Positions 9,291 to 19,784 are shown, counted from the stretch's first letter. The stretch: 64,000 bases of DNA from Spirochaetia bacterium (GCA_965263295.1 OZ253665.1:256001-320000), one strand, 5' to 3'. Program-made: numbers and translations. The notes: generated from the sequence alone by a model not told the origin.

Positions 9291-11345
9291 TCAAGGGCTG
9301 CCTTCGGCAGCGACCAGGTCTTCAATGGCTCTCGATATTTCCTCCCAGAGCTGGTGCAAGCCTTCCAGCTCTGTTTCTCTGGCGCTGAGTTGCTGTTTTT
9401 GCCACAACAGTTTCTCTGGATTGGCATAGACTTCTTCTCTGGCAAAGCCTTGCTGGAGTTCCTTAATTCCTGCTTCAAGTGTATCAATTTGTTCCAGGAG
9501 TTTTTGTTCTTCGCGCTCTAGCCTGCGGCGCTGGGCACGCTCCTCCTTGCTGGCCTGGTAGGCATTTTTCGGCGTGTTTTGCAAAGAGCTGCCGGCCCGC
9601 TCATTTGTGGCATGATTGTTTTTGTTTTTTTGCAATGGCTCTTTGAGTTCTTCTCGCTCGCGTTTCCACAGAAAATATTGGTAATCACCATAGTAAATTT
9701 TGGCGTGGGCGGCTTGTAATTTGGAGCTGGGCCTGGCGCCTTCGGCTAAGTCGTCCTTCTCCAGCAACACAATTTTGCTGGCTAATTGCTCTAACAGATA
9801 ACGATCGTGTGTCGTAAACAATACACATCCAGAAAAATCTTGCAGTGCTTCGAGTAATATTTGCTGGGTGTCCAAGTCGAGATGGTTGCTCGGTTCGTCC
9901 AATACCAGAAAATTGCAGGGTTGCAGAACCAGGGAACAGAGCAAAACGCGTGCTTTTTCTCCGCCACTGAGGCTTGCTATTGGCTGAAATACTTCGTCAT
10001 TTGTAAATAGGAAGCTCCCCAGTAACTTGCGCCGTGTCAACTCGTCGGCGCCGGCTGCCAGGTTGGCGACGTAGCCCCAGATCGTCTGGCTCTCGTCCAA
10101 CAGATCGGCGGCGCGCTGCGAAAAATAGGCCATTTGGACGTTGGCGCCCCAGCGCAGTTTGCCGGCAAAACTCCTGTCCTGGCCCGCAATGATGCGCAGC
10201 AATGTCGACTTGCCGGCGCCGTTTGCCCCCAGCAGGGCGACTTTTTCACCGCGTGCCAGAGTGAAGTAGACGTCATTGAGGGCGGGCTGCCCATCGTAGC
10301 TTTTGGAGATGTTCTCGACTTCCAGAACTTGTTCGCCGCTGGCGCGGCCGTGCGAGAAATTTAGGCGCACTTGGGCCGCCTCTCGGCTTGGGGCTTCGGG
10401 CTGTTCCATTTTTTCCAGCAGCTTGATGCGACTCTGAACCTGGCTGGCCTTGCGGGCTTTGTAGCGGAATCGCCGGATAAAAGTTTCTTCCTTTTTGAGC
10501 TGGCGTTCGTGCGCCCGCCGTCGTTTTTCCAGGGCGCTAGCTTGTTTTTCGCGTTCCGTCTCGTAATGGCTGTAGTTGCCCGCATACATTGTGATTTTGC
10601 CAGTCCAGAGCTCGGCCACGGCCGCAATGGTGTGGTCGAGAAAATAGCGGTCATGGCTGATAATTATTTGCGTGCAGGGCATTTTTTTGAGTGCGTTGAT
10701 CAACCACATCCGGGCTTCCAGGTCCAGGTGGTTGGTCGGTTCGTCGAGCATGAGTACATCTGGCTGGCAGAGGAGAGCCTTGGCCAGACCGACTTTCATC
10801 TGCCAGCCGCCAGAAAATCCCCCGCCGCGACGATTGAGGTCGCCGGGTTGGAATCCCAGACCCTTGAGCATGTAGACCATTTTGGCCTCTCGCTGTTCGT
10901 AGCCCATTTCGCCCTGGTATTCGTGCAGTTTTTCCAGTTCGTCAATGGCCCGCCCCAGCCGCGCCAGCTCATTATCACAGGCCGCGTCATCTTTGTGGTT
11001 TTGATGGCTTTGTGCTGAAAGTTGCGCAATTGTCTGTTCCAGATTTGCAATTTGCCGGCCCAGCTCAAAGTATTCGGCGAAGGCCTCTTCCAGTTCTTCA
11101 CGAATGGTTTTTGAGCCCAGCTCCACGCCTTCCTGGTGAAAGTAGGCCAGGCGCAATTTCTGTGGAAAAATCACGTTGCCACTGTGGACTTCGACCTCGC
11201 CGGCGATGCAATCCAGCAGAGTGGTCTTGCCGGTGCCGTTGGGCGCGCAGATGCCCAGGCGCTGCCCGCGATCAATTTTCAGCGAGGCGCCGTCAAAAAT
11301 CACGGTCTCGCCAAAGCTGAGACTGACGTTGTCCAAGAAAATCAT
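9291..11345 (-). CDS. ABC-F family ATPase with C-terminal coiled coil (Uup/YheS-like)
   Basis: Two ABC domains (APNGTGKT/FSGGW/LDEPTNHLD and GANGAGKS/LSGGE/LDEPSNHLD), no TM helices. Confidence 0.92.
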   Translation of the reverse strand: MIFLDNVSLSFGETVIFDGASLKIDRGQRLGICAPNGTGKTTLLDCIAGEVEVHSGNVIFPQKLRLAYFHQEGVELGSKTIREELEEAFAEYFELGRQIANLEQTIAQLSAQSHQNHKDDAACDNELARLGRAIDELEKLHEYQGEMGYEQREAKMVYMLKGLGFQPGDLNRRGGGFSGGWQMKVGLAKALLCQPDVLMLDEPTNHLDLEARMWLINALKKMPCTQIIISHDRYFLDHTIAAVAELWTGKITMYAGNYSHYETEREKQASALEKRRRAHERQLKKEETFIRRFRYKARKASQVQSRIKLLEKMEQPEAPSREAAQVRLNFSHGRASGEQVLEVENISKSYDGQPALNDVYFTLARGEKVALLGANGAGKSTLLRIIAGQDRSFAGKLRWGANVQMAYFSQRAADLLDESQTIWGYVANLAAGADELTRRKLLGSFLFTNDEVFQPIASLSGGEKARVLLCSLVLQPCNFLVLDEPSNHLDLDTQQILLEALQDFSGCVLFTTHDRYLLEQLASKIVLLEKDDLAEGARPSSKLQAAHAKIYYGDYQYFLWKREREELKEPLQKNKNNHATNERAGSSLQNTPKNAYQASKEERAQRRRLEREEQKLLEQIDTLEAGIKELQQGFAREEVYANPEKLLWQKQQLSARETELEGLHQLWEEISRAIEDLVAAEGSP

Positions 11346-11446
11346 AAGCTGGGGAATTGTAATGAGCCAAAGCCAGGCAGGCAAGCCGTAGCCGTTTCGC
11401 TTCTCGACTGGGATTGCGGGCCGAGGCGAAGTGGGGACGGAACAAT

Positions 11447-12922
11447 TTAAAAGCGGGTTTCGACCATAAATTCGGCCACTGGGACTTCCCTTGCGAGGTC
11501 CAGGCCTGTCAGCAAGAAAAAGCGGGTAGTGAAAGCCCCCGGAGTCAGGACATCAAGCACTAGACCACCTTGAATTTCGCTGCCGGATTGCGGGTCCAGA
11601 GGATTTTCCGGATTGAAAACCGCGGCGAACAGGCCCCATTTACCTTCTAGCGCAAACCCGGCATTGAATTCGGTCTGGTGGCTGTCGTAGTCGTTGTGCG
11701 ATAACAGTAAAATGGCGCGCAGCCGCCCTAGCGCATACAAGTCGTTAAGGTTGTCTTGTGGATTTGCGCCGGGAACTGCCGCGTCCAAGGCGCCGATGTT
11801 CAGGTGTTCCGATATGTTGGCCGTCACGGCAAGGTGTGCGTCAAGTTCGAGCCAGCGAGTTGGCAACAATGCCAATTGAGATTTTCCACGCAGCATTAAA
11901 AAGCCGTTTAACAAGCCCGATTTGGCTTCAAAGTAAAATTGTACCGCCCACAGGCGACTTTTTAACAGGTAGAGCCAGTTTAGGTCGATATAGGCTCCGA
12001 CTGCAACTTCGCTGACGATTTCGTCCGAGTTATCTGAGGCGATTGTGCCCCAATATTCTTGAGTCAAACCGAGTTTAATGGCACTGGTGGCTTGAATAAA
12101 TTCTTCCAGGCCGCTGCGCAGCCAAAATATACTGACATTCAATTGCTCAATATCCATGCTTTGAAGCAGACTTTGGGTCTGCGCCCAGGCATTGGCCTGG
12201 GCAAAAACGTTGAGGCCAAAAGAGCTGTTGTACATGTGAGGCAAATACCAAGCTATGCCAATCGTCCTGCCTAGAATTGTGCGCAAGGAACTGCCTGGCG
12301 CTTGGCGTTTTCCTGTAAAGCCGAGATACGCCGAATGTCCGTCGTTTGCCCCGCCCATAAAGCCAAAGCGCTGGGGACTGGGTTCCAGCATGACAAAGAT
12401 TTCTACCCGGCCGTCGGCATAGTAGTGGGGCTCAAATTCAGCTTGGAAGTACCACTGCGTTCGCAATATCCGGCGGGTGTCATCAATGCGGCGTTGCAGT
12501 TGCAAGGGAGTCAGGGTGTCGCCCTCTTTAAACTGCAGAAAGGAAAATATGTAATAGCGGTTGAGGTCTTCGGCGCCCTCAAAATAGACTTTGCTAATGG
12601 TGTATTTTTCTAGGTAGACAGGTTCAGATTGGGCGCCCAGCCGCGGAATCGCGCGAGGGTTGCAAAGCTGCGAGTAAATGGCGCCTAAAAGTAAAACGGC
12701 AAAGCGGGCTCTGAGCCTAGCTGCGCTCACAAAGCTTGCAGGCTGTGAGCTTGCGTCATGTAAAAACCCATTGAATAATTGGGGGAATAACCTTGGGAAT
12801 AACCTTGGGAACGGCCCTTTGAACCGCCTTGGGAACAGCTTTGGAATGAGCTCAGGGAAAAGCCTTGGAAAAAATCCGAGAGAAAATTCAAGACAAAATC
12901 CAGGGAAAATGCTTTGTTCCAC
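11447..12922 (-). CDS. Putative outer-membrane beta-barrel protein with one POTRA-like domain (start uncertain)
   Basis: ISKVYFEG...LQFKEGDTL...WYF resembles a POTRA domain. Alternating beta strands follow and the protein ends in Phe (VETRF). Confidence 0.6.
   Translation of the reverse strand: MEQSIFPGFCLEFSLGFFPRLFPELIPKLFPRRFKGPFPRLFPRLFPQLFNGFLHDASSQPASFVSAARLRARFAVLLLGAIYSQLCNPRAIPRLGAQSEPVYLEKYTISKVYFEGAEDLNRYYIFSFLQFKEGDTLTPLQLQRRIDDTRRILRTQWYFQAEFEPHYYADGRVEIFVMLEPSPQRFGFMGGANDGHSAYLGFTGKRQAPGSSLRTILGRTIGIAWYLPHMYNSSFGLNVFAQANAWAQTQSLLQSMDIEQLNVSIFWLRSGLEEFIQATSAIKLGLTQEYWGTIASDNSDEIVSEVAVGAYIDLNWLYLLKSRLWAVQFYFEAKSGLLNGFLMLRGKSQLALLPTRWLELDAHLAVTANISEHLNIGALDAAVPGANPQDNLNDLYALGRLRAILLLSHNDYDSHQTEFNAGFALEGKWGLFAAVFNPENPLDPQSGSEIQGGLVLDVLTPGAFTTRFFLLTGLDLAREVPVAEFMVETRF
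12781..12912. repeat. Degenerate 12-bp tandem repeat, about 11 units (TTGGGAATAACC-like)
   Basis: gggggaataacc ttgggaataacc ttgggaacggcc ctttgaaccgcc ttgggaacagct ttggaatgagct cagggaaaagcc ...; encodes (PRLF)n-like text on the minus strand. Confidence 0.8.
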
Positions 12923-12999
12923 TGTGCTCCGTTTGCTCCGTGCCTGTTTTGTTTAGCTGCTTGAACGGCCTAAACGGTTTAAATTCGCTTAGGTTTTGC

Positions 13000-13818
13000 T
13001 CAGAGTTTTGCTGTAATGCAGACGGGGCAATGATCGCTACCCATTGCCCCGCTTAATATCGCCGCGTCTTCCAGGAGCTCGGCAAAGGAACTGTTGATGC
13101 AAAAGTAGTCAATTCTCCATCCCACATTGCGTTCGCGTGCGCGCGTGCGGTAGGACCACCAGCTGTAAGCTTCGGTCTGCTCAGGATAAAAATGGCGAAA
13201 ACTATCGGTGTAGCCACTGGCCATGAACTGTTCCATCCATTTGCGCTCCTCGGGCAGGAAGCCAGGCGAATCATGGTTGTCGTCGGGACGGGCCAGGTCT
13301 ATTTCTCTGACGGCCACGTTGTAGTCGCCACAGAGCAAGACGGGACGGCTCTGATTCTGTTCCCCTTCCCGGCTGAGCTTCTCACAGCAAAGCTGGATTG
13401 CCTGGTTAAAGGCTATTTTGTAATCTAAGCGCCTGCCCTGTTCCTGGGAGTTGGGGAAATAACTATTAATGAGCACAAAGTCGCCGCAGTCCGCAATTAA
13501 AGTGCGCCCTTCGCTATCGAAGTCATTGCGACCAATTATATCGACCATGCGCAGAATTTTTGCCCCCGCCGCCAATTCGTGCTTGATGAATAGGGCTGTG
13601 CCACTGTAGCCCTTGCGCTCGGCACTGGACCAAAAAGACTGATAGCCGGGCCGCACGGTAAATTCCGCGCCGAGTTGTTCCCGTCTGGCCTTGGTTTCCT
13701 GCAGGGCAATAATATCCCAATTTCCCGAAAATAGTGGATTGAGCAGGCCTTTGTTATGCACGGCGCGGATACCATTAATGTTCCAGGAAATTAGGTGACG
13801 GCTTTGCCGTGGTTTCAT
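13000..13818 (-). CDS. xth: Exodeoxyribonuclease III (AP endonuclease)
   Basis: SWNINGIRA, LQETK, GYSGTA, YFPN, GDYNVA, YSWWSYR, GWRIDY, GSDHCP. Confidence 0.96.
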   Translation of the reverse strand: MKPRQSRHLISWNINGIRAVHNKGLLNPLFSGNWDIIALQETKARREQLGAEFTVRPGYQSFWSSAERKGYSGTALFIKHELAAGAKILRMVDIIGRNDFDSEGRTLIADCGDFVLINSYFPNSQEQGRRLDYKIAFNQAIQLCCEKLSREGEQNQSRPVLLCGDYNVAVREIDLARPDDNHDSPGFLPEERKWMEQFMASGYTDSFRHFYPEQTEAYSWWSYRTRARERNVGWRIDYFCINSSFAELLEDAAILSGAMGSDHCPVCITAKL

Positions 13819-13946
13819 ACGAAAACTCCTGTGCGATTTTATTATTTTTGAATTTGAACAAGGGGAATGAATTCGGAGTGAATAAATTCAAAGAGGATTT
13901 GCTCACGTAAATATTTATCCGTTTGTGCGCCAAATTGTGGCAAAGA

Positions 13947-14543
13947 CTACAATAAAGCGGCAAAGTTTTGTACCATGCGGGCGCCGTGTTCGCTCAGCAG
14001 CGATTCGGGGTGGAATTGCACGCCATATAGTTTGAGTCTGGGAATTTCCAAGCTCATCACTTCTGCGTCACTTTGTGCCCGTGCCGTAATTTGATCTGCC
14101 GGTGCACCGATGGCCAGGGAGTGATAGCGCACCACTGTCGCGCCGTCGGGAATGCCAGAAAAAAGTTGGGAATCCGCTCGAATGATAAGCTGGTCGGTTT
14201 TGCCATGTTGAATACTTGCCGCCTGATGTACGCTGTATTGCGGGCTGCCGCCGGCCAATTTGTGGGCAATGATTTGCATCCCCAGGCAGACCCCGAAGAT
14301 CGGTAATCTGCCGGCCCATTCGTCAAAATATCGCAGCGAAGTACCGGCATTACGGGGATTGCTGGGACCAGGTGAGAAAACGAGGGCGTCATAACCTGGG
14401 CTTGCGCCACCACCATTGATAGGGCGATATTCGTCGTTTTTGATCAGATCTACTTCAATGCCTTGCAGCTGGATCAATGCCAGCAGGTTGTAGGTAAAGG
14501 AGTCGTAGTGATCGATCATTAATATTTGAGGTGCTGTATTCAC
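13947..14543 (-). CDS. Glutamine amidotransferase, anthranilate/aminodeoxychorismate synthase component II (TrpG/PabA)
   Basis: IDHYDSFTYNL, SPGPSNP, GVCLGMQ, RYHSL, GVQFHPES. Confidence 0.92.
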   Translation of the reverse strand: MNTAPQILMIDHYDSFTYNLLALIQLQGIEVDLIKNDEYRPINGGGASPGYDALVFSPGPSNPRNAGTSLRYFDEWAGRLPIFGVCLGMQIIAHKLAGGSPQYSVHQAASIQHGKTDQLIIRADSQLFSGIPDGATVVRYHSLAIGAPADQITARAQSDAEVMSLEIPRLKLYGVQFHPESLLSEHGARMVQNFAALL

Positions 14544-15151
14544 GGTTGCAAATTTGTCCTGAAAATTCCTGAAAATATTGGGGAAGATTGGGCAAGAAGG
14601 CTTTGGGCTGGTAGCGATTGGCTAAGTTTAACGTTGTGGCTTTGGAATGAAAAGCGCTGCAAACCAGGCAAACCTTCGGCATCAATTTGAGGAAAAATAA
14701 GCTGAAGCAAGATTATAGAGAATGATGAGAGGGGCGGGAACGGAACTTATTGCCGGAAATTTAGCTGTTGTGCCATATTTGCGTCACGCAATTTTGCAAA
14801 ATGGCAAAAACTGGCTTGCATTTTCGCGCATCGCTCATAAGATAGCAAAAAGCCCTGCATTTGTTTGTGGGGGGGAACTAGAAGGTGAACCCTTGGAAAA
14901 ATTGAAGCCCCTTGGGCCCGATACCCGCCAGATTTCATATATTTCAAGACTGGTAATGAGTATTGCGCCACAATTGTGACGGCACAAAATTTCTTGGTGT
15001 GAGCGATTTTTGCCAACAGGGAGTAAAGGTACTGGAAGATTTTGAGTTTTCCGTGTATTCTGAGAACTTATTTGCAAGCTTGATGTGTCGTCAACAAGCG
15101 GACAAAGACCTACAAGATGGATTGGAAGGATGTAGGTTGAGAGGGGTTTCC

Positions 15152-16435
15152 ATGCGGGAAAAACAACGATATCTATGTTTTGCTTTGCTTTCTGTTTTTT
15201 CTTGCTTGCTTCCTTTGAGCCGTGGGCTAGCTGCGCAGTCGCAAAGTAATCAGACTCTCCTCAACCATCAACGTGCGCGCAATCTGAATAAAGAAGGTTT
15301 TCGCGCCTACAGAGAACGCAGCTGGGAATTGGCTTTGAAGAAATTCGCTCAGTCAATGGAGTTGGACCCCTATTACACGTATCCAATTTATAACGCGGCT
15401 TGCGTATTGAGCCTTCGCGGTCGGCCTCAGGATTCATATCGGATTTATCTCTTGCTACTGGAAGTTTTGTTGCAGGAAAGCAGTGGAGTACGTTCTATTC
15501 ATCAGGCAAAAATGCAAAGGGATAGCGATTTGGCTTGGTTCAAGCGTCACAAACCAGAGCTTTTTATTTTGCTCAACAGTGTTGTGGTGGATTATGATAG
15601 CCGCAAACTCTACCGCAACTTGCGGCAGCGCGGCACTTGGAGTATTCAAATGGGCTCCGATCGGCACAGGGATGCCGTCCCGCCTACACCGCTCGTGCCA
15701 GAAGTTCGCGATCGCGATGAGCCCGGTACGAACCTCAAGACGGACCTCAAGGTGGAGCCGTCTGCGGATACCAATTGGGCTCCCAAACCGGATATAGGCT
15801 ACACTGTGCCCCTCGAAGAGCGTAAGAATTCTATCACCGTGACGCCCGACGACAAGCCCTTTGATCCGGCTTTTGGCAAAGATGAACTTTTTGATGAGGG
15901 CGGCAGTTCTCTAATTGAGCCCGAATTTACATCGCCGCCACCTTCTAGTAAATTTGATCCTGATTTTGATCCGTTTTCAGGAGAGAATTCAAGCATTGAC
16001 GGCAGTCTCTTTGGCGATCCCGACGGTGCTCAAAAGTTCCCCGGTTTCGATGACGAAGAAAGTAATGGCTTTTTGCCATTTGTGCCGCAGTCTCTGAGGC
16101 CTCAGTATATGGAGTCCAAGTTGACTTTAAACCTGGTGAGCCAGTCGGCGCTGGCCACCAATGAGAATCCGAGCTTAGATAAGAACCGTATATATTTTCG
16201 TGGTTATCGATATTCCTGGCGCTTTAACGCGGCTGGACGTCTGTTTGAAATGCAGGGTTTTTTTGTGATTCGTGGCAATGTGCTGGTTTTGGAGACTTTT
16301 GCCTCGAGTCCCAAGGAAATTGAGGGGCTGCCGTTTGACTGGGAAGCTTTTCGCAGTTTGTTTTTTATATACCAGCCCCAGAGAGATGAATTTCAAGCGG
16401 TGACTTCAACTGGTGAGCAAATTAAGATTTTTTGA
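15152..16435 (+). CDS. Exported hypothetical protein with N-terminal TPR-like repeat and acidic/Pro-rich linker
   Basis: Signal peptide (MREKQRYLCFALL...LAAQ) after a GAGGGG RBS; LNKEGFRAY...ALKKF...DP...YNAAC TPR pattern; central D/P/F-rich stretch. Confidence 0.6.
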   Translation: MREKQRYLCFALLSVFSCLLPLSRGLAAQSQSNQTLLNHQRARNLNKEGFRAYRERSWELALKKFAQSMELDPYYTYPIYNAACVLSLRGRPQDSYRIYLLLLEVLLQESSGVRSIHQAKMQRDSDLAWFKRHKPELFILLNSVVVDYDSRKLYRNLRQRGTWSIQMGSDRHRDAVPPTPLVPEVRDRDEPGTNLKTDLKVEPSADTNWAPKPDIGYTVPLEERKNSITVTPDDKPFDPAFGKDELFDEGGSSLIEPEFTSPPPSSKFDPDFDPFSGENSSIDGSLFGDPDGAQKFPGFDDEESNGFLPFVPQSLRPQYMESKLTLNLVSQSALATNENPSLDKNRIYFRGYRYSWRFNAAGRLFEMQGFFVIRGNVLVLETFASSPKEIEGLPFDWEAFRSLFFIYQPQRDEFQAVTSTGEQIKIF

Positions 16436-16467
16436 AATCCAACGAATGATAGTTTAGCGGTATTTCA

Positions 16468-18429
16468 GTGGCCAGTAAGTCTCATCAAACATCGGGTGCG
16501 CATGCGGTGCGCAGTCTGCAGTTGTGTATTTTTCACTATCATCTGTTACCTGGCGGTGTGACTGATGTCATTATGGGCTGGCTGCGTATCCTGGCGCAGT
16601 ACCCACGAGTCATTTTCCCAGAATACGATGATATTAAGTTGCTTGTCTGTTGCGGCAAGCCGGACAATGTGAGCGAATTGTCCCGCCAATGGCGCGATTT
16701 TATGGCGACGTTGCCCGAACCTGCCCAAGGGCCAACCCTGGAGCTTGAGTTCTTGGTCGACCGTGAGCTGGATTACCGCAGTTTGTCAGACAGCCAAGTC
16801 TCCGCTGAATTAAACCCAGAGCAGCAGGGACAGTCGTGGTTGGCATATGTGGAGAGTCAGGCTGTGCACTTGCTGCAGCAGTACTGCGCGCGCGGACGGG
16901 ATACGCTTTGGTGGCTACATAATTTCCACTTGGGGAAAAATATAGCTTTTTCGCAGGCCTTGCAGCTTTTGCTGCAGCAAGTGCCGTTGGGCTTGGCGTC
17001 GGGCTTGGCGTCGGGCTTGGACCTAGAATTGGACTTGGGACTTCTTGAACGAGCCAAAGGTTTGAAATTCTTGCTGCAGATCCATGACTTTCCCGAATGC
17101 GGGCGCTTTGAGCTTTACAGAGAGCTGCTACAGTCGCAACAGTGGCTGGATATTGCCGGTCGCGTTGTGGGCAAAGGCACTGCAACGGCTTGTTTGTACC
17201 CTCAAGGCGAGCACATTTGCTACGCGACAATCAATCGACGAGACTATCAAATATTGCTTGAAGCTGGTTTGCCGGCCGAAAATTTGTATTTTCTACCCAA
17301 TCCTTTGGAGTTTCGCGAATTGGGGATTCCGCACGAACCGGCATCGGGGAAAGAAAGTTTGCGCGCAGAGTTTGCGCGCGACTTTGGCCTAGAACGAGAG
17401 GGCGAGGTGAATGCCAGGTTGGCCTTGTATCCGGTGCGCTGCATTCGCCGTAAAAATGTATTGGAATTAGGGGTTCTAAATATTCTAGCCGGGGAACCTT
17501 GGAATCTGCTGTGTACTCTGCCCGGTCGTTCCGAAGCGGAGCGGCCTTATTCTGATTTAGTTGAAAGTTTGTTTGCTGAAGGCATTATAAAAGGTCGCTG
17601 TCATATCGGTCTAGAGCTGAATTCTAAGGGCTGGGACTTTGACAAACTTTGTGCCGCCGCCGATTTGATTGTGTCTAGCTCGGTTTTGGAAGGTTTTGGC
17701 TATACATATTTTAACCCTATGTATTGGGGTAAAAAACTGTTAGCTCGCAAACTGGATGTATTACAAGGCTTTGAAGAATGCTTTGAGCCCGACTTGGCAG
17801 AGTTTTATTCTGAGTTAAAGATTCCTTTGTACTTTGAAAACGGCGAAAATAGGGTCGTGGACCTTGAGTTGTTGACCTCCTATCAATCCTTGCGACAGAG
17901 CTATATGAGCTATGTGGCCGGTTTGCCCGAGGCAATGGCCGATGAGCTGGGGAATAATTTGCAGCGGTTATTGCCTGAAGAGCCACCGCAAAGTGTCGAT
18001 TTTGCATTGTGGACGGTAGGGCAGCAGAAGCAGATTTTAGAGCGTTTATGCCGCGAGCAGCGATTGGCAGCAGACGCTCAGGGGCAAGGGGGGCAAACTC
18101 TTTTGCTTGCGGCTTGCCGTGAAGCTAATTCCGCATTGTTGCAAGCTCTTTCTGTGCCTGAGTCGAAGACTGTGGCGCTAGCGACGCGGCGCAGCCGCGA
18201 GCGACTGCTCGCCGAGTTTGCTCCCCAGCGCCTGGCAGCTATATTGAGGCAGGCCTGTGCCAGCGTTCTAGAGTCGACATCAGAGGCCAAATGTCAATTT
18301 GATTCGCAGCTGGCACGAGAGTGCAGCCGCAAAGTTTTGTCTGCTTTTAGTCAGCTGGATTATCATTGCGCCCTTTTCTGGGAGCGATCCTGGCTGGATT
18401 GGGCCGCAGAGCAAAACAAATATGATTAG
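16468..18429 (+). CDS. GT-B glycosyltransferase (GT4-like)
   Basis: HYHLLPGGV, HNFHLGKN, QIHDF, YPVRCIRRKN, SSVLEGFG. Confidence 0.75.
   Translation: MASKSHQTSGAHAVRSLQLCIFHYHLLPGGVTDVIMGWLRILAQYPRVIFPEYDDIKLLVCCGKPDNVSELSRQWRDFMATLPEPAQGPTLELEFLVDRELDYRSLSDSQVSAELNPEQQGQSWLAYVESQAVHLLQQYCARGRDTLWWLHNFHLGKNIAFSQALQLLLQQVPLGLASGLASGLDLELDLGLLERAKGLKFLLQIHDFPECGRFELYRELLQSQQWLDIAGRVVGKGTATACLYPQGEHICYATINRRDYQILLEAGLPAENLYFLPNPLEFRELGIPHEPASGKESLRAEFARDFGLEREGEVNARLALYPVRCIRRKNVLELGVLNILAGEPWNLLCTLPGRSEAERPYSDLVESLFAEGIIKGRCHIGLELNSKGWDFDKLCAAADLIVSSSVLEGFGYTYFNPMYWGKKLLARKLDVLQGFEECFEPDLAEFYSELKIPLYFENGENRVVDLELLTSYQSLRQSYMSYVAGLPEAMADELGNNLQRLLPEEPPQSVDFALWTVGQQKQILERLCREQRLAADAQGQGGQTLLLAACREANSALLQALSVPESKTVALATRRSRERLLAEFAPQRLAAILRQACASVLESTSEAKCQFDSQLARECSRKVLSAFSQLDYHCALFWERSWLDWAAEQNKYD
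16987..17046. repeat. In-frame 12-bp tandem micro-repeat inside the glycosyltransferase
   Basis: ttgggcttggcg tcgggcttggcg tcgggcttggac ctagaattggac ttgggacttctt (LGLASGLASGLDLELDLGLL). Confidence 0.7.
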
Positions 18430-18558
18430 TCTGGGAAGTCGGGAATTGAACCTGGAGCAGCGCATTTTTGCATTTTATTTTATATATTATCTCTTGACTC
18501 AAGCAGTGCAAATATTCTCTTTTCAATTCGCTGATCAATTTACCTTTTAATTCATCTT

Positions 18559-19572
18559 TCAATTCATAGGTAGTACTTGGTTCTGCAGTTTCCCTTGGTG
18601 AATATAGCTACAAATATTGTCCAAAGTGACCTGAGCGATTCCTTCCAGGGCTTCTTTCGTGAGAAAGGCCTGATGGGCGGTTAGAACTACGTTATTAAAG
18701 CTCATCAAGCGTAATAATTGTTCATCTTTGAGGTTTTCAAGGGAGTGATCTTCAAAGAACACGGCTTCTTCTTCCTCGTATACGTCGAGCCCTGCGCCGC
18801 CGATGCGGTCTTTTTTGAGGGCATAAATCAAGTCCTGCGTGTTGATAAGGGCACCCCGACTGGTATTTATGATTATGACATTACGTTTCATCAGGGCCAG
18901 GGTGTCATAGTTGATGATGTAGCTGGTATCGGCGGTCAGGGGACAATGCAGGCTGATTATGTCACTGTTGCGGCAGAGTTCTTCAATGCCACAGTACCGA
19001 ATGCCTCGTTCTTGCAGTTGTGTATTGGGAAAGGGGTCGTAGGCCAAAATTTCCATACCGAGCCCTTGGAGAATTTGGATCATAGCCTGACCGATTTTAC
19101 CCGTTCCGATGATGCCTGCAGTCTTGAGGTAAAAGTCGAAGCCGACCAGGCCCTGGATGGAAAAGTTGCCTTCGCGGACGCGGTGATAAGCCTTGTGGAT
19201 TTTCCGGTTGAGGGCACACATAAGGCTTAGGGCATATTCGGCTACGGCTTGAGGAGAGTATGCAGGGACGCGAACGACGGGAATTGAGTCTTTAAGTGTC
19301 GCAAAGTCTACGTGATTAAAGCCGGCGCAACGCAGCGCAAGGAGTTTGACTTTACAGCGCTTCATGGTGCGGATGACTTCGGCATCAATATTATCGTTGA
19401 CGAAGGAGCAGACGACGTCAACATCATCGTTGATGATATTGACCGTTTTGCTCGACAGTTTCATTTCGTAGTATTCTATTTTGATTTCCTGTTGCAAACC
19501 GAGTTGTTGGATTTTGCGGTCAAATGTACTGATGTCGTAGTTTTTGCTATCGAAGAAAGCCATTCTGATCAT
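18559..19572 (-). CDS. ldhA: D-lactate dehydrogenase (D-2-hydroxyacid dehydrogenase family)
   Basis: ALRCAGFNHVD, VVRVPAYSP, GTGKIG, SLHCPLT, INTSRG, GLDVYEEE, TAHQAFLT. Confidence 0.9.
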   Translation of the reverse strand: MIRMAFFDSKNYDISTFDRKIQQLGLQQEIKIEYYEMKLSSKTVNIINDDVDVVCSFVNDNIDAEVIRTMKRCKVKLLALRCAGFNHVDFATLKDSIPVVRVPAYSPQAVAEYALSLMCALNRKIHKAYHRVREGNFSIQGLVGFDFYLKTAGIIGTGKIGQAMIQILQGLGMEILAYDPFPNTQLQERGIRYCGIEELCRNSDIISLHCPLTADTSYIINYDTLALMKRNVIIINTSRGALINTQDLIYALKKDRIGGAGLDVYEEEEAVFFEDHSLENLKDEQLLRLMSFNNVVLTAHQAFLTKEALEGIAQVTLDNICSYIHQGKLQNQVLPMN

Positions 19573-19784
19573 ATAATTACCTTTTGGAGTCAAATCAATT
19601 TGTGCTTATTGTAATTTATTTTTAATTAAAATGTAAGAGAAGGAAAACAGTTCGCGATAAATATTTTGGGGTTTAGTTTAAATTTATATCACAGATATTT
19701 TAGATATTTTATTCGTGATTTTAGAAGCAAGGCTAAACCTGAAAACGGGTCTGATTCTGGAGGTGTAAATAGGTTGTTAAAAAT

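Noticed and set aside
12781..12912. CRISPR array
   Set aside because: Contiguous degenerate 12-bp units without spacers, and no cas genes.
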